This document shows positions 8,746 to 21,000 of a stretch of DNA of 64,000 bases, piece after piece (the first letter of the stretch is position 1; every line of letters begins with the position of its first letter). The position numbers were made by a program, and so were the translations under genes. This stretch comes from a virus. Taxonomy: Duplodnaviria; Heunggongvirae; Uroviricota; Caudoviricetes. The stretch is taken from the IMG/VR virus record IMGVR_UViG_2563366911_000001; one strand, written 5' to 3'. Below the pieces are notes generated by a model. That model was not told where the DNA came from. It saw nothing but the letters and a program-made list of their open reading frames with translations, and ran no database searches.

Positions 8746-11733
8746 ATGAGCTTAAGCGATCAGGTGGTAATGGCCACCAGCATAGAAACGCTGATCGAGC
8801 TGCTAAAGAACCTGCCCGATTATGGGCGGGTTTCGTATGTGGTGACAGCGAAGGGAGACGAGGTAAAAACAGCGTTTGATATCGTCGATGCCTCAGCTCT
8901 TTTGGTATCCAATACTCTGGATGGGAAAATTAATCCTGACTATCCCCAGGAACTTCAGCCGCGCGACCGGACCCGCGCATCCAGCCTTCTTCAGGTTAAC
9001 CAGATATCCAAAGATTTGCGGCCTGCTCAGCTTACTGATTCCGGTTTATCCAGCCATGGTGCGCCGATAATTGGTGAGGACAATGCCGTTGAGTCAGGTA
9101 ATGGACGGACCATGGGGATCATCAAAGCCTATCAGGACGGCAATGCGGATCGGTATCGTGAGTACCTGATTGATCATGCGACCGAATTCGGCATACGACC
9201 TGAAAAGGTTGAATCAATGACGGCTCCGGTACTGGTGCGCCGCCGGTTAACCAAGGTTGACCGCGTTCAGTTTGCCAAGGACTCAAATATTTCTGATCTT
9301 CAGGAAATGGCAGCCAGTGAAAAGGCTTTTGTTGATGCCGACAGCATAACACCGGCGATGATGGCGCTTTTTAACCCGTCAGAAAGCGGAGATCTGCTTA
9401 GCCGCAGTAATGACGCGTTTATTCGCGGATTTATGACGCAAGTTGGTGCCACACAGGCGGCTGGCCTTGTAACGGAAGATGGGCGACCAACGCGGCAACT
9501 TGTTGACCGTATACAAAACGCGATCTTTGCCAAGGCATATAAGGATGCGCGCCTGGTAAGGATGGTTGCAGAAGAACCTGATCCGGATATGCGTAATGTT
9601 CTGACGGCGCTTAATGCGGCAGCCAATGATTTTGTCCAGATGCAGGCTTTATCAGGAGAAGCGCACAAGCAGGCTGTGACAACTATTGTTGATGGCATTG
9701 AGACAGCGGATAGCCTCGATAAAAAGGCGCTGGCGGCATTGAAAGATGCGGTAGACCTGGTAAGGCAATCGAAGGAGTCAGGCCAGCATATTACCGATGT
9801 TATTGCTCAGGGGGATATGTTCAGCGAAATGGCCCCGGAAGTGAAAGCACTCGCGTTGTTCATCGTCGCGAATAACCGTAGCGCGAAGCGTATGGCCACC
9901 GCCTTTAAGTTGATGGCTCAACGTATCAATGATGAGTTACAGCACCAGGGCCAGGCGCTGGGGGATATGTTTGGCGGCGGCGATGTGTCGTTACAGGATA
10001 TCCTTCGCCAGGTGTCTCAGGAACTGGAAAACGAAGGCATGCAAGGGATATCCGGCGGTCTTTTCGAGTCCGTTTCCGGCGGTAGTTACAACGGTGTTGC
10101 TCCGTATACCAGTTTGCTATTACATCGGACATCCGGCATCAAAGACATTATTCATCTGATCAGGCTGCTTTCCCGCACAGATCCCCAGGATGAACAGCTT
10201 GTACAAGTGCTTGCGCATTTTGTTCGAATGCCTGTTGCCGACGTGAAAAAATGGTGCCGATTATTCGGTATCAGCAATTCGTTACTTCGCGGCTTGTTAA
10301 ATCACGCATCCTCCCTTGGGCGCGATGGCTTTGACGAGATAGCGCAGGCGATAAAAAACGGAGATATGCCACCAGCTATTGACTGGTTTTCCATTCGCCC
10401 AACCAGGGTGAAAGCATTCCTTAGCGCGGCGCATTCGGCATCACCATTGGCAGAAATGGTTCAGAGGTTGTCGCTCATATTCACAGACCATACCGCGTTG
10501 GGTGATCTGACTCTGGACGAGATGAAAGAAGCCTCCATTCAGTGGGCCGATCAACAAAATGAGGTTAACTCAGACTTCTTGCCAGCATTCAGGAAGGCCG
10601 TTAGTAAAGCGGATGATGCCCGTGGAATTCTGAAGGCATTTAAGGCATTGCAAAGTCGTGTTAATAAACATGTCGGTGATATCGATGGGGTAACGGCGGA
10701 AGGCCGGGATATCCTTAAAGAGCACGGCATAACACCAGAGTTTATTGATGAGATCAGGACGGATATGCAGCGTGAGGTCGTATCGTCCCTGCAAATTGTA
10801 GCCAGAGCGTTGGCGGATGCTAATCCGAAGAGTGCGGCCATTGTTAACCGGGTTATTGGTGATATTGAAGCATCGGAGGGCATGGGGGCGCTGAAACTCT
10901 TCCTTTCGCGAGCGTTTAATCCTAACGGCAATATTCTCCCTGGCATTATTGGTGAGGCTAAAAAGTATGTCAGTGAAGAAGAACTTGAGCAGCTTGACCA
11001 ACTACTTAAGCGATTCTCATATAACCCGCAGACACGCTGGCAAATGAATCAGCGAAGTATGGGTTCGGTCCACGAGAAAGTGTTATCTGCCATGAACAGT
11101 GCGATCGCAAACTCATCCGTATCTGAAGAAAAAGCTCTTGAGTGGGCCGACTCTTTTATCACGGAAGAAGTGGAAGAAGCTCGCGCTGGACAGAATGGTG
11201 GGATAGACCTGCGCAAGGAACTTGCTGATATTTATCGCCTGACCGGCGGGAAAATATCGACCTTATCAAAGGTAGTTCACCACCAGGGAAGGGCATATGC
11301 AAATCTAAATGGTGTTGTTGCTGTCAATTTGAACGATGAAAATGCAAGTGCACTGTGGCACGAGCTGGGTCATCATCTTGAGTACAGTAACCCTGGTTTG
11401 TTAGAGAAAGCCCGATCATTCCTGAAGGCCAATGTTGAAGGGGATAAGCCATCTTTCGTCAATATCGGTGGGCGTGGCAAGCCTGAATGGTGCTTCAGAT
11501 CTCGATTGAGTAATATTTATATGGCGAAGGTATACCCGCCAGCCTCAGTAAGTAACACCGGGAAAATTCGGCAGAAATCACCGACTATTTCCAAAACGTC
11601 AGCAACGGAAGTATTCTCTATGGCTCTTCAGTTGTATCATGACAAAGAGGCCGCTGCCGCATCACTGATGAATGGTGACGGATTGCTGGAACTGTTATTA
11701 GGTGTGGCAAAGGAGCTAAATAATGCAGATTAA
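8746..11733 (+). CDS. ddrB: DdrB-like large virion protein
   Basis: 995 aa; positional. Confidence 0.5.
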   Translation: MSLSDQVVMATSIETLIELLKNLPDYGRVSYVVTAKGDEVKTAFDIVDASALLVSNTLDGKINPDYPQELQPRDRTRASSLLQVNQISKDLRPAQLTDSGLSSHGAPIIGEDNAVESGNGRTMGIIKAYQDGNADRYREYLIDHATEFGIRPEKVESMTAPVLVRRRLTKVDRVQFAKDSNISDLQEMAASEKAFVDADSITPAMMALFNPSESGDLLSRSNDAFIRGFMTQVGATQAAGLVTEDGRPTRQLVDRIQNAIFAKAYKDARLVRMVAEEPDPDMRNVLTALNAAANDFVQMQALSGEAHKQAVTTIVDGIETADSLDKKALAALKDAVDLVRQSKESGQHITDVIAQGDMFSEMAPEVKALALFIVANNRSAKRMATAFKLMAQRINDELQHQGQALGDMFGGGDVSLQDILRQVSQELENEGMQGISGGLFESVSGGSYNGVAPYTSLLLHRTSGIKDIIHLIRLLSRTDPQDEQLVQVLAHFVRMPVADVKKWCRLFGISNSLLRGLLNHASSLGRDGFDEIAQAIKNGDMPPAIDWFSIRPTRVKAFLSAAHSASPLAEMVQRLSLIFTDHTALGDLTLDEMKEASIQWADQQNEVNSDFLPAFRKAVSKADDARGILKAFKALQSRVNKHVGDIDGVTAEGRDILKEHGITPEFIDEIRTDMQREVVSSLQIVARALADANPKSAAIVNRVIGDIEASEGMGALKLFLSRAFNPNGNILPGIIGEAKKYVSEEELEQLDQLLKRFSYNPQTRWQMNQRSMGSVHEKVLSAMNSAIANSSVSEEKALEWADSFITEEVEEARAGQNGGIDLRKELADIYRLTGGKISTLSKVVHHQGRAYANLNGVVAVNLNDENASALWHELGHHLEYSNPGLLEKARSFLKANVEGDKPSFVNIGGRGKPEWCFRSRLSNIYMAKVYPPASVSNTGKIRQKSPTISKTSATEVFSMALQLYHDKEAAAASLMNGDGLLELLLGVAKELNNAD

Positions 11734-12034
11734 AATCGCAGCGCCATTAGGCGGAGATGCCATTATCGAATTTGATGATAATGAAGAAGTTTCCGGGCGT
11801 TTAAGCATTATCTCCGGTGACATTACCGAGGACATGATCGCTGAAGCCATAGCTGGGGCAAATCCCAATAGCTATATGGGATTCGTTAACACCCTTGATG
11901 CTCCCGCAAGTGATGTTCTCCGAACGCTGCATCTTTACGCTGGCTGGTTTGTTGATTGGCCAGCAGTAGATGGTGGCGATGAGGACGACGACGACGATGA
12001 TTTTGGTGATCATGTAGACCAGATCGTATATTGA
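11723..12034 (+). CDS. Small acidic protein, unknown
   Basis: 103 aa with a poly-D/E tail. Confidence 0.4.
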   Translation: MQIKIAAPLGGDAIIEFDDNEEVSGRLSIISGDITEDMIAEAIAGANPNSYMGFVNTLDAPASDVLRTLHLYAGWFVDWPAVDGGDEDDDDDDFGDHVDQIVY

Positions 12035-12037
12035 AGA

Positions 12038-12065
12038 AATCCCGCCAATCGGCGGGATTTTTTTT
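12038..12065. terminator. Bidirectional rho-independent terminator
   Basis: aaatcccgcc-aatc-ggcgggattt followed by a T tract. Confidence 0.7.
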
Positions 12066-12846
12066 AATCGCTTTCCACTTCTTCCGTGGTGTTTTCTTGC
12101 AGTTCTGTTAATGCAGCACGACATAGGTTCCGGGCATTGGCTATAGCCACACTTTTGACTTCATCCGTCATCGTGCAGGTAATGTACTGATCGAGTTCTT
12201 CAGCGCGGATGATGCTTTTGCCAATCAGAAACTGTATTTGCCAGAGCAGATCGGCATCCATAATCAGAATTTCTGCCGGGCCTTCAGGGCCAGCCGGGAA
12301 GGAAACATAAGACTGTTTGCCCAGGCCGACAACTCGACAACTTGCTTCAAGAATTGCGCGCTTGAGGTCTGACTTTATAACGGAAACAGGTTGATTTTCA
12401 CCAGTGATTACGCCGTTGACATGGAAAGGCATGTAGCTTGAAATACGCTCCACTTTCCACACGCCAGCAAGCGATCCTTCATGCAGCACAATGGGGGTAA
12501 CCGCGAGTTTCATCTCACCATATAACTGCTGGCAGATAGCTGGATTGCTGAATACATCCAAAGGTTCACACTCAAACAGCGGCGCAATCTGCATGAGGTC
12601 CATCATGGTCATACCAGGGGTACGAGCAGTAATGAATCTGCGCATGCCAGTATCCATTGTGCGCCAGATAGCTACACCATGCTTTTTGCTCACTTCTTCA
12701 GTAAAGCCAAGGTGGCACATGATGGTTTTTTCGATAGCCAGATCAGAGATCGAAACCTTTTCGCCAGGCACACCATCATTATTGATGGTCACTTCGACAC
12801 TCTGACCATTACGCAGGCGGTATTGAATTGCTTTAGTATTTTCCAC
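12064..12846 (-). CDS. Hypothetical protein, last gene of the ssb operon
   Basis: 260 aa, no recognised motifs. Confidence 0.5.
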   Translation of the reverse strand: MENTKAIQYRLRNGQSVEVTINNDGVPGEKVSISDLAIEKTIMCHLGFTEEVSKKHGVAIWRTMDTGMRRFITARTPGMTMMDLMQIAPLFECEPLDVFSNPAICQQLYGEMKLAVTPIVLHEGSLAGVWKVERISSYMPFHVNGVITGENQPVSVIKSDLKRAILEASCRVVGLGKQSYVSFPAGPEGPAEILIMDADLLWQIQFLIGKSIIRAEELDQYITCTMTDEVKSVAIANARNLCRAALTELQENTTEEVESD

Positions 12847-12852
12847 GTTAAA

Positions 12853-13530
12853 TCACTCCACTACAAACCAGTCACATGCCAGTAAGTCGCCTACAGAAGG
12901 AACCCACGGAACAACTACACCTTGTGCATTTTTTAAGGCGAAATAAGCACCATACGGAACGAGGTCGCCGGGGAAATATCCCTTAATGGCTTCCATTCGT
13001 GCCGGGTACTGTCCTTCAGGAACCAGCCAGCAGAATTGGTTTTCGCCGTTCCACCCGCGTCGAGCAACTTTCTTGCCATCCTTCAGCCACATCAGCGCGT
13101 CAGAAAAGTCGGCTGCTTCAAGGTCGATTTCTTCTTGTAGAGTAGCGATACCGCCAGCAGAAATAGTTACGTCTCTGGCTGTAATGAATGTCACCCCATT
13201 GTGACCTTCAATGCGGAGCGATACCCCATTTTCGAAGAAGTCGTTAGTCCGACTAAAGCCTTCTTCAAATGTTTTTTCTGGTGAATAGGACAGAGATCCG
13301 TCCTCGTAAGCGACCAGATATCCGCCAATTTCTGGTCGGTGTTTTTGCAAAAACATTTTATCAACATGGACTTTTACCCCTTCTGGCTCAACGACTTCGA
13401 TGTTGCAAAGAAGGACCACATCCATTAGGGCGATAATTTCGATATCTTTGATTTTTGAGGCACGAACTGTTTTATGGCTTTTGTATTTTGGAAGTGCCGT
13501 CAAAAGCTCTTTCGTTGTCATGTTATTCAT
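12853..13530 (-). CDS. Protein with C-terminal DUF2829 (Tad2-like) domain
   Basis: C-terminus ...WLKDGKKVARRGWNG...VVPWVPSVGDLLACDWFVVE; start moved to MNNMTT with SD gaggaaag. Confidence 0.5.
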   Translation of the reverse strand: MNNMTTKELLTALPKYKSHKTVRASKIKDIEIIALMDVVLLCNIEVVEPEGVKVHVDKMFLQKHRPEIGGYLVAYEDGSLSYSPEKTFEEGFSRTNDFFENGVSLRIEGHNGVTFITARDVTISAGGIATLQEEIDLEAADFSDALMWLKDGKKVARRGWNGENQFCWLVPEGQYPARMEAIKGYFPGDLVPYGAYFALKNAQGVVVPWVPSVGDLLACDWFVVE

Positions 13531-13727
13531 AGTCTTTCCTCTGCTTAAAACCTGATGTATTGCGCCTTCAGGTGGGTCAAGAATGTTTTCCCACCAGCGA
13601 AAGCAATATCTCGGGGTGTTCTTTTCGTGAAAAGCGCGTGCCATTGCCAACTGTGGCGTTTTTTAGCGAGTTCGTGCTTTTGTTGGCGTCTGGACCACCG
13701 CTTTTCTTTCAATCGTTTTTTACTCAT

Positions 13728-14216
13728 TCAAAACGGAATATCGTCGTCAAAGTCCATTGGAGGTTCGTTATTGGCGTTGCTCTGAGGTTTACCGCCACCA
13801 CTGTATTGCTGGTGGTTTTGAGGTTGGTTTGATTGCCCCCAGCCGTTTGAGGACTGTGAATCGTCACGACGAGTGCCGATCATTTGCATGGTGCCGCCCT
13901 GGCTGACGATAATTTCCGTCGTGTAACGTTCTACACCGGCGTCATCTGTCCACTTACGGGTTTTAAGTTTCCCTTCGATGTAGACCTGAGAACCTTTTCG
14001 TAAATACTCACTCGCAATTTCAGCAAGTTTTCCGAACAAAACGACTTTATGCCATTCTGTTTGCTCTTTCTGTTGGCCCGTTTGCTTGTCGCGCCATGAT
14101 TCATTCGTTGCGATGCTGAGTCTTCCGACCGCGCCGCCATTTGGTATATACCTGATCTCCGGGTCTTGCCCCAGGGTACCAATCAGGATGACTTTGTTTA
14201 CACCGCGTTGTGCCAC
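13728..14216 (-). CDS. ssb: Single-stranded DNA-binding protein
   Basis: [20 protein letters not shown]..., Gly/Gln-rich tail ending DDDIPF. Confidence 0.95.
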   Translation of the reverse strand: MAQRGVNKVILIGTLGQDPEIRYIPNGGAVGRLSIATNESWRDKQTGQQKEQTEWHKVVLFGKLAEIASEYLRKGSQVYIEGKLKTRKWTDDAGVERYTTEIIVSQGGTMQMIGTRRDDSQSSNGWGQSNQPQNHQQYSGGGKPQSNANNEPPMDFDDDIPF

Positions 14217-14235
14217 TTATCTTACCTAATAAAAT

Positions 14236-14252
14236 AAATTAATTAGAGCAAT
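14236..14252. promoter_or_regulatory. C1 operator (1 mismatch) between ssb and lyz
   Basis: aaattaattagagcaat versus reverse consensus aaatttattagagcaat. Confidence 0.7.
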
Positions 14253-14385
14253 AATGTATATCTTTGAAACGTAGCTAACAAGTGATTTGCATTATCCTGT
14301 GTCTTCTAAAGGGATCGAGTCAGTCGGTATTGGCTGTGAATGGGTGTTTGTCCTGGAGCGTAAAAAATTCGCTTATGAGGTCTTT

Positions 14386-14943
14386 ATGAAGGGAAAAACA
14401 GCCGCAGGAGGCGGTGCAATTTGCGCTATCGCGGTGATGATTACCATCGTGATGGGTAATGGCAATGTGCGAACCAACCAGGCGGGGCTTGAGCTTATCG
14501 GAAACGCTGAAGGTTGCCGACGTGATCCATACATGTGCCCGGCGGGTGTATGGACTGACGGGATTGGTAATACACACGGGGTAACGCCTGGCGTGCGAAA
14601 AACCGACCAGCAAATCGCCGCTGATTGGGAAAAGAATATCCTGATCGCTGAACGCTGTATTAACCAGCACTTCCGGGGCAAAGACATGCCCGATAATGCC
14701 TTCAGCGCAATGACAAGCGCGGCATTCAATATGGGATGCAATAGTTTACGGACCTACTACAGCAAAGCGCGAGGCATGCGAGTAGAAACGTCCATCCACA
14801 AGTGGGCGCAGAAAGGGGAATGGGTGAATATGTGTAACCATCTCCCTGATTTCGTGAACAGTAACGGCGTCCCCCTGCCCGGGTTAAAGATTCGCCGTGG
14901 AAAAGAACGCCAGCTTTGCCTGACGGGGCTGGTCAATGAATAA
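14386..14943 (+). CDS. lyz: SAR endolysin (T4-lysozyme family)
   Basis: 185 aa from MKGKTAAGG; N-terminal hydrophobic SAR segment; catalytic E-x8-D/C-x5-T region. Confidence 0.85.
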   Translation: MKGKTAAGGGAICAIAVMITIVMGNGNVRTNQAGLELIGNAEGCRRDPYMCPAGVWTDGIGNTHGVTPGVRKTDQQIAADWEKNILIAERCINQHFRGKDMPDNAFSAMTSAAFNMGCNSLRTYYSKARGMRVETSIHKWAQKGEWVNMCNHLPDFVNSNGVPLPGLKIRRGKERQLCLTGLVNE

Positions 14944-15190
14944 ACTCCGGCAGCTCCGCCGACTTTCGACAATGAAGTTATCGCTGGCGGCGATAGTGTT
15001 CGACTCGATTTTCATGGCGGTATATGTGCTCAATGAGACGTGGCCACTGGAACCGCTATTATATGCCGGGCTTCGGCTGTGCCTGACATTTTTGAGCATG
15101 GCTGCAAGATTGATGCAGCAGAAAGAAACCGCTTCAGATTGTCCACGCCGCGCGGTGCGCAAATATATGGCACGCAGGCGAAAGCGATAA
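14936..15190 (+). CDS. Small membrane protein with basic C-terminus, lysis-associated?
   Basis: 84 aa, overlaps the lyz stop, TM segments. Confidence 0.4.
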   Translation: MNKLRQLRRLSTMKLSLAAIVFDSIFMAVYVLNETWPLEPLLYAGLRLCLTFLSMAARLMQQKETASDCPRRAVRKYMARRRKR

Positions 15191-15203
15191 TAGTTAACGA
15201 GAA

Positions 15204-15229
15204 CCCCGGCAGCCGCCGGGGTTATTTTT
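15204..15229. terminator. Rho-independent terminator
   Basis: ccccggc-agcc-gccgggg followed by ttattttt. Confidence 0.7.
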
Positions 15230-15234
15230 GGTGG

Positions 15235-17965
<2,731 letters not shown>

Positions 17966-18031
17966 TTAATTAGAATAATTCGCATCGTGTTTGAACGGAA
18001 TTTAACACTAGTCACTTGTTAAGGATTACCA

Positions 18032-21000
18032 ATGAACAAGCTATCTATGGGGGTGTTTCGCTGTTCAAGTGTCAGCGAAATATTGAAATACATTAGGGCA
18101 ATAACATCTCACCGAGCGCCGATTAAATACGGCGTGGAAAAGGTGGAAGGCAAAAGCTATGACCGACTGCGCCGTGAGGCGAATCAGAAGGCGATAGATT
18201 TGCTTAATTCGCTGGTGGACGGCGCGACACTGACAGATGAACAGCGCCAGATCCTGGCTGGGTACACCGGTGAAGGCGGCATTGGCGGGTCCGTCTCCGA
18301 ATATTACACACCAAAGCCGATCGCTGAAGGTGTCTGGGAGATCATGAAGCTCTACGGCGCGGACGTAGGTAACACTCTGGAACCATCGGCGGGAACCGGC
18401 GTTTTTAATGAGACAAAACCGGTTGGTACGGTGATGACCGCGACTGAGATCAGCAGTGTTTCCGGTCGTATAAACCAGCTGTTACATCCGGAAGACAGCG
18501 TACAGATTTCCCCGTTCGAACAACTGGCTGTAAGCACGCCTAACGATTCATTCGACCATGTTGTGGGTAACGTTCCGTTCGGTGGTCGTGATAACACACG
18601 CAACATCGATAAGCCTTACGCAGAAGAAACGGACATGGGGTCTTACTTCATGCTCCGCATGTTGGACAAGATAAAGCCTGGCGGATTCATGTGCGTGATT
18701 GTGCCGCCGTCCATTGTTTCAGGTTCAAACATGAAGCGGTTACGCCTGCGCCTATCACGGAAAGCTGAATTTCTTGGTGCTCACCGCTTGCCTACCGGTA
18801 CTTTTGACGCAAACGGGACCAGTACAGTTGTTGATGTGGTGCTGATGCGCAAACATCCGGCAGAGATGGCTGAGAAAATCCCCCTGGTGGATGAAAGCAC
18901 TCTTGAATCGGCAAATGTGCTTTGGCCAACGTTTATTTCTGGCAAGTGGTTTGAAAAGGATGGCCGCCGGTTTGTTCATGGCACCCAGGAAAAGGGCTTC
19001 CAGGGGCGTATTGAGGTTCGTGCCGACGGTCAGATTGATAACCAGGCTCTTAAAGCGAAGCTGATTCATCGTTTCGAAAGCCGTATCGACTGGTCTTTGC
19101 TCGATATGGCTGAACCGTCACCGACCGCAGACGTTGTTGGTGAAGGGGAAATGCGCCTGATTAATGGCGTATGGCAAAAATATGCTGGTGGTCGCTGGAT
19201 TGAATCTGATGCCGGGAAGGAGCTGAAGATTGATGTTGCCAGTTATGGCGCGGACAGCTGGGAGGCTCTTCAGCGTAACCTGACTACAACAGAAGGCCGT
19301 CTCGGTATGACATTTACCCAGATGGCAAATGTCCGCGATAAGTACACCACATCAATCAGCGACGATATGGTGCAGCTGGTGGACTGGATTAACAGCCAGC
19401 CTGAAAAATACCGTGAACGCTTGTATCGCGGGGCGATGATTGGCCGGATGTTAATTGAATATCAGGATATGAAGGCCGCCGGGCATAGTGCTGAACAAAT
19501 CGAACAGCAGCGCCTTTCTCTGGTATCCCGTTTGCAGGCAGAGATTGACCGTTTTGGTAACCCCGGTCGCGGTCTGATAGCGAAATTATCGGGGAGCGGT
19601 GCGCGCGCCTGGTTTGCTTTCCGTGGTGCAATTAAGCTGGATGGCACTATTTCTGACGAGCTGACAGGAAAACTGGTTACGCATGATTCCAGCGCCAGTT
19701 ATGACTCCACCAGCTATCAGGACACCCTGCGTTATCTCTACAGTGATCTCACTCGCGATCCAATCCAGCTCGATGATTTCCGCCTTGCGTTTACCGGCGA
19801 ACTGCCAGCCAGTGATGACGAGTTGCTTAATTTATTGGCCAGCACCCCTGGCATTGCGGTTTCACCGTATGGCGGGATTGTTCCGTTCGCCCGCGCCACC
19901 AGCGGCGACATTAACGAGATAGTGGCTCCAAAACAGGAATTCCTCGCCACGCTCCCCGACGGTCCAGTAAAGAACAACGTCCTTAATCAGCTGGCAGCGA
20001 TCGAAGAGAAGCGCATCAAGACGCCAGCAGAGAATATCCGCTTTAAGCTCAATAGCCGTTGGTTCGACCGTTCCGTCATTCTGGAGTTTTTGCAGGAAAA
20101 CGGCTATCCGGATCTGCGCTATGTGCAGTCAGTGCAGTTGGAAGGCGACGAAATGGTTTCTGACACCTATCACGGTGGTGATGGTCTGTTCGTCGGGCAC
20201 CGATACGGTGTCGTCCAGCGTAAGGATAAAGAAACAGGCGAGATCCGCTACGAGTGGGACCGTAAATCAGGTGAAAACGCGACCGGGTTCCCGGCACAGC
20301 TGGAAAAGTATCTCAATGGTGCGCGTATCGGTGGCAAAGATAGCGCGACGGCGAACGGCTACCGCGAGCAGATGGCACTGCTTGAGGACCAGTTCAATAA
20401 GTGGATCAAGACGCACGATCGCTACGATGAGCTGGTTGCCAAATACAACGATGTGTTCAATAGCAATATCCCGTATGAACACTCTGGCGATCCGCTTGGG
20501 TTGAAGGGATTAAGCGGTAAGCGCCAGCCATTTGATTACCAGAATAGCGAGGTGCGCCGACTGTCCGAAGATGGGCGCGGCATCCTGGGCTTCGGCACCG
20601 GGCTGGGTAAAACCACGACCGCGCTGGCGCTTGAGGCGTTCAACTATGAGAACGGTCGCTCCACCCGTACTGCGTATGTAGTGCCTAAATCAGTGCTGGA
20701 AAACTGGTATTACGAAGCAAAAGAATTCCTGAGTGAAGAGGCATTCAGTAACTATCTGTTCGTCGGTCTTGATGTGCTGATGGATGGCGATCAGATTCGC
20801 CAGGTGCCGGTGCTCGATGAGAACGGTAAACCTGTTCTTGGTACTGATGGCACTCCAGTTATGCGCGATGCCCTAAAACTGGCAGATGAAGCCACTATCA
20901 CGGCGCGTATGAACGCGATCCCGCACTCAAATTACCGTGCAGTCGTGTTTACCAAAGAACAATACGCCCGCATTCCGCTACGTGATGACACCGTAGATGA

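Noticed and set aside
8876-11001. Short ORFs inside ddrB, and similar ones inside darA, pacB and prt
   Set aside because: Embedded in longer co-linear genes, no ribosome-binding sites
12064-13650. IS1 or another insertion sequence between ssb and the dar operon
   Set aside because: No transposase-like ORF or terminal inverted repeats detected
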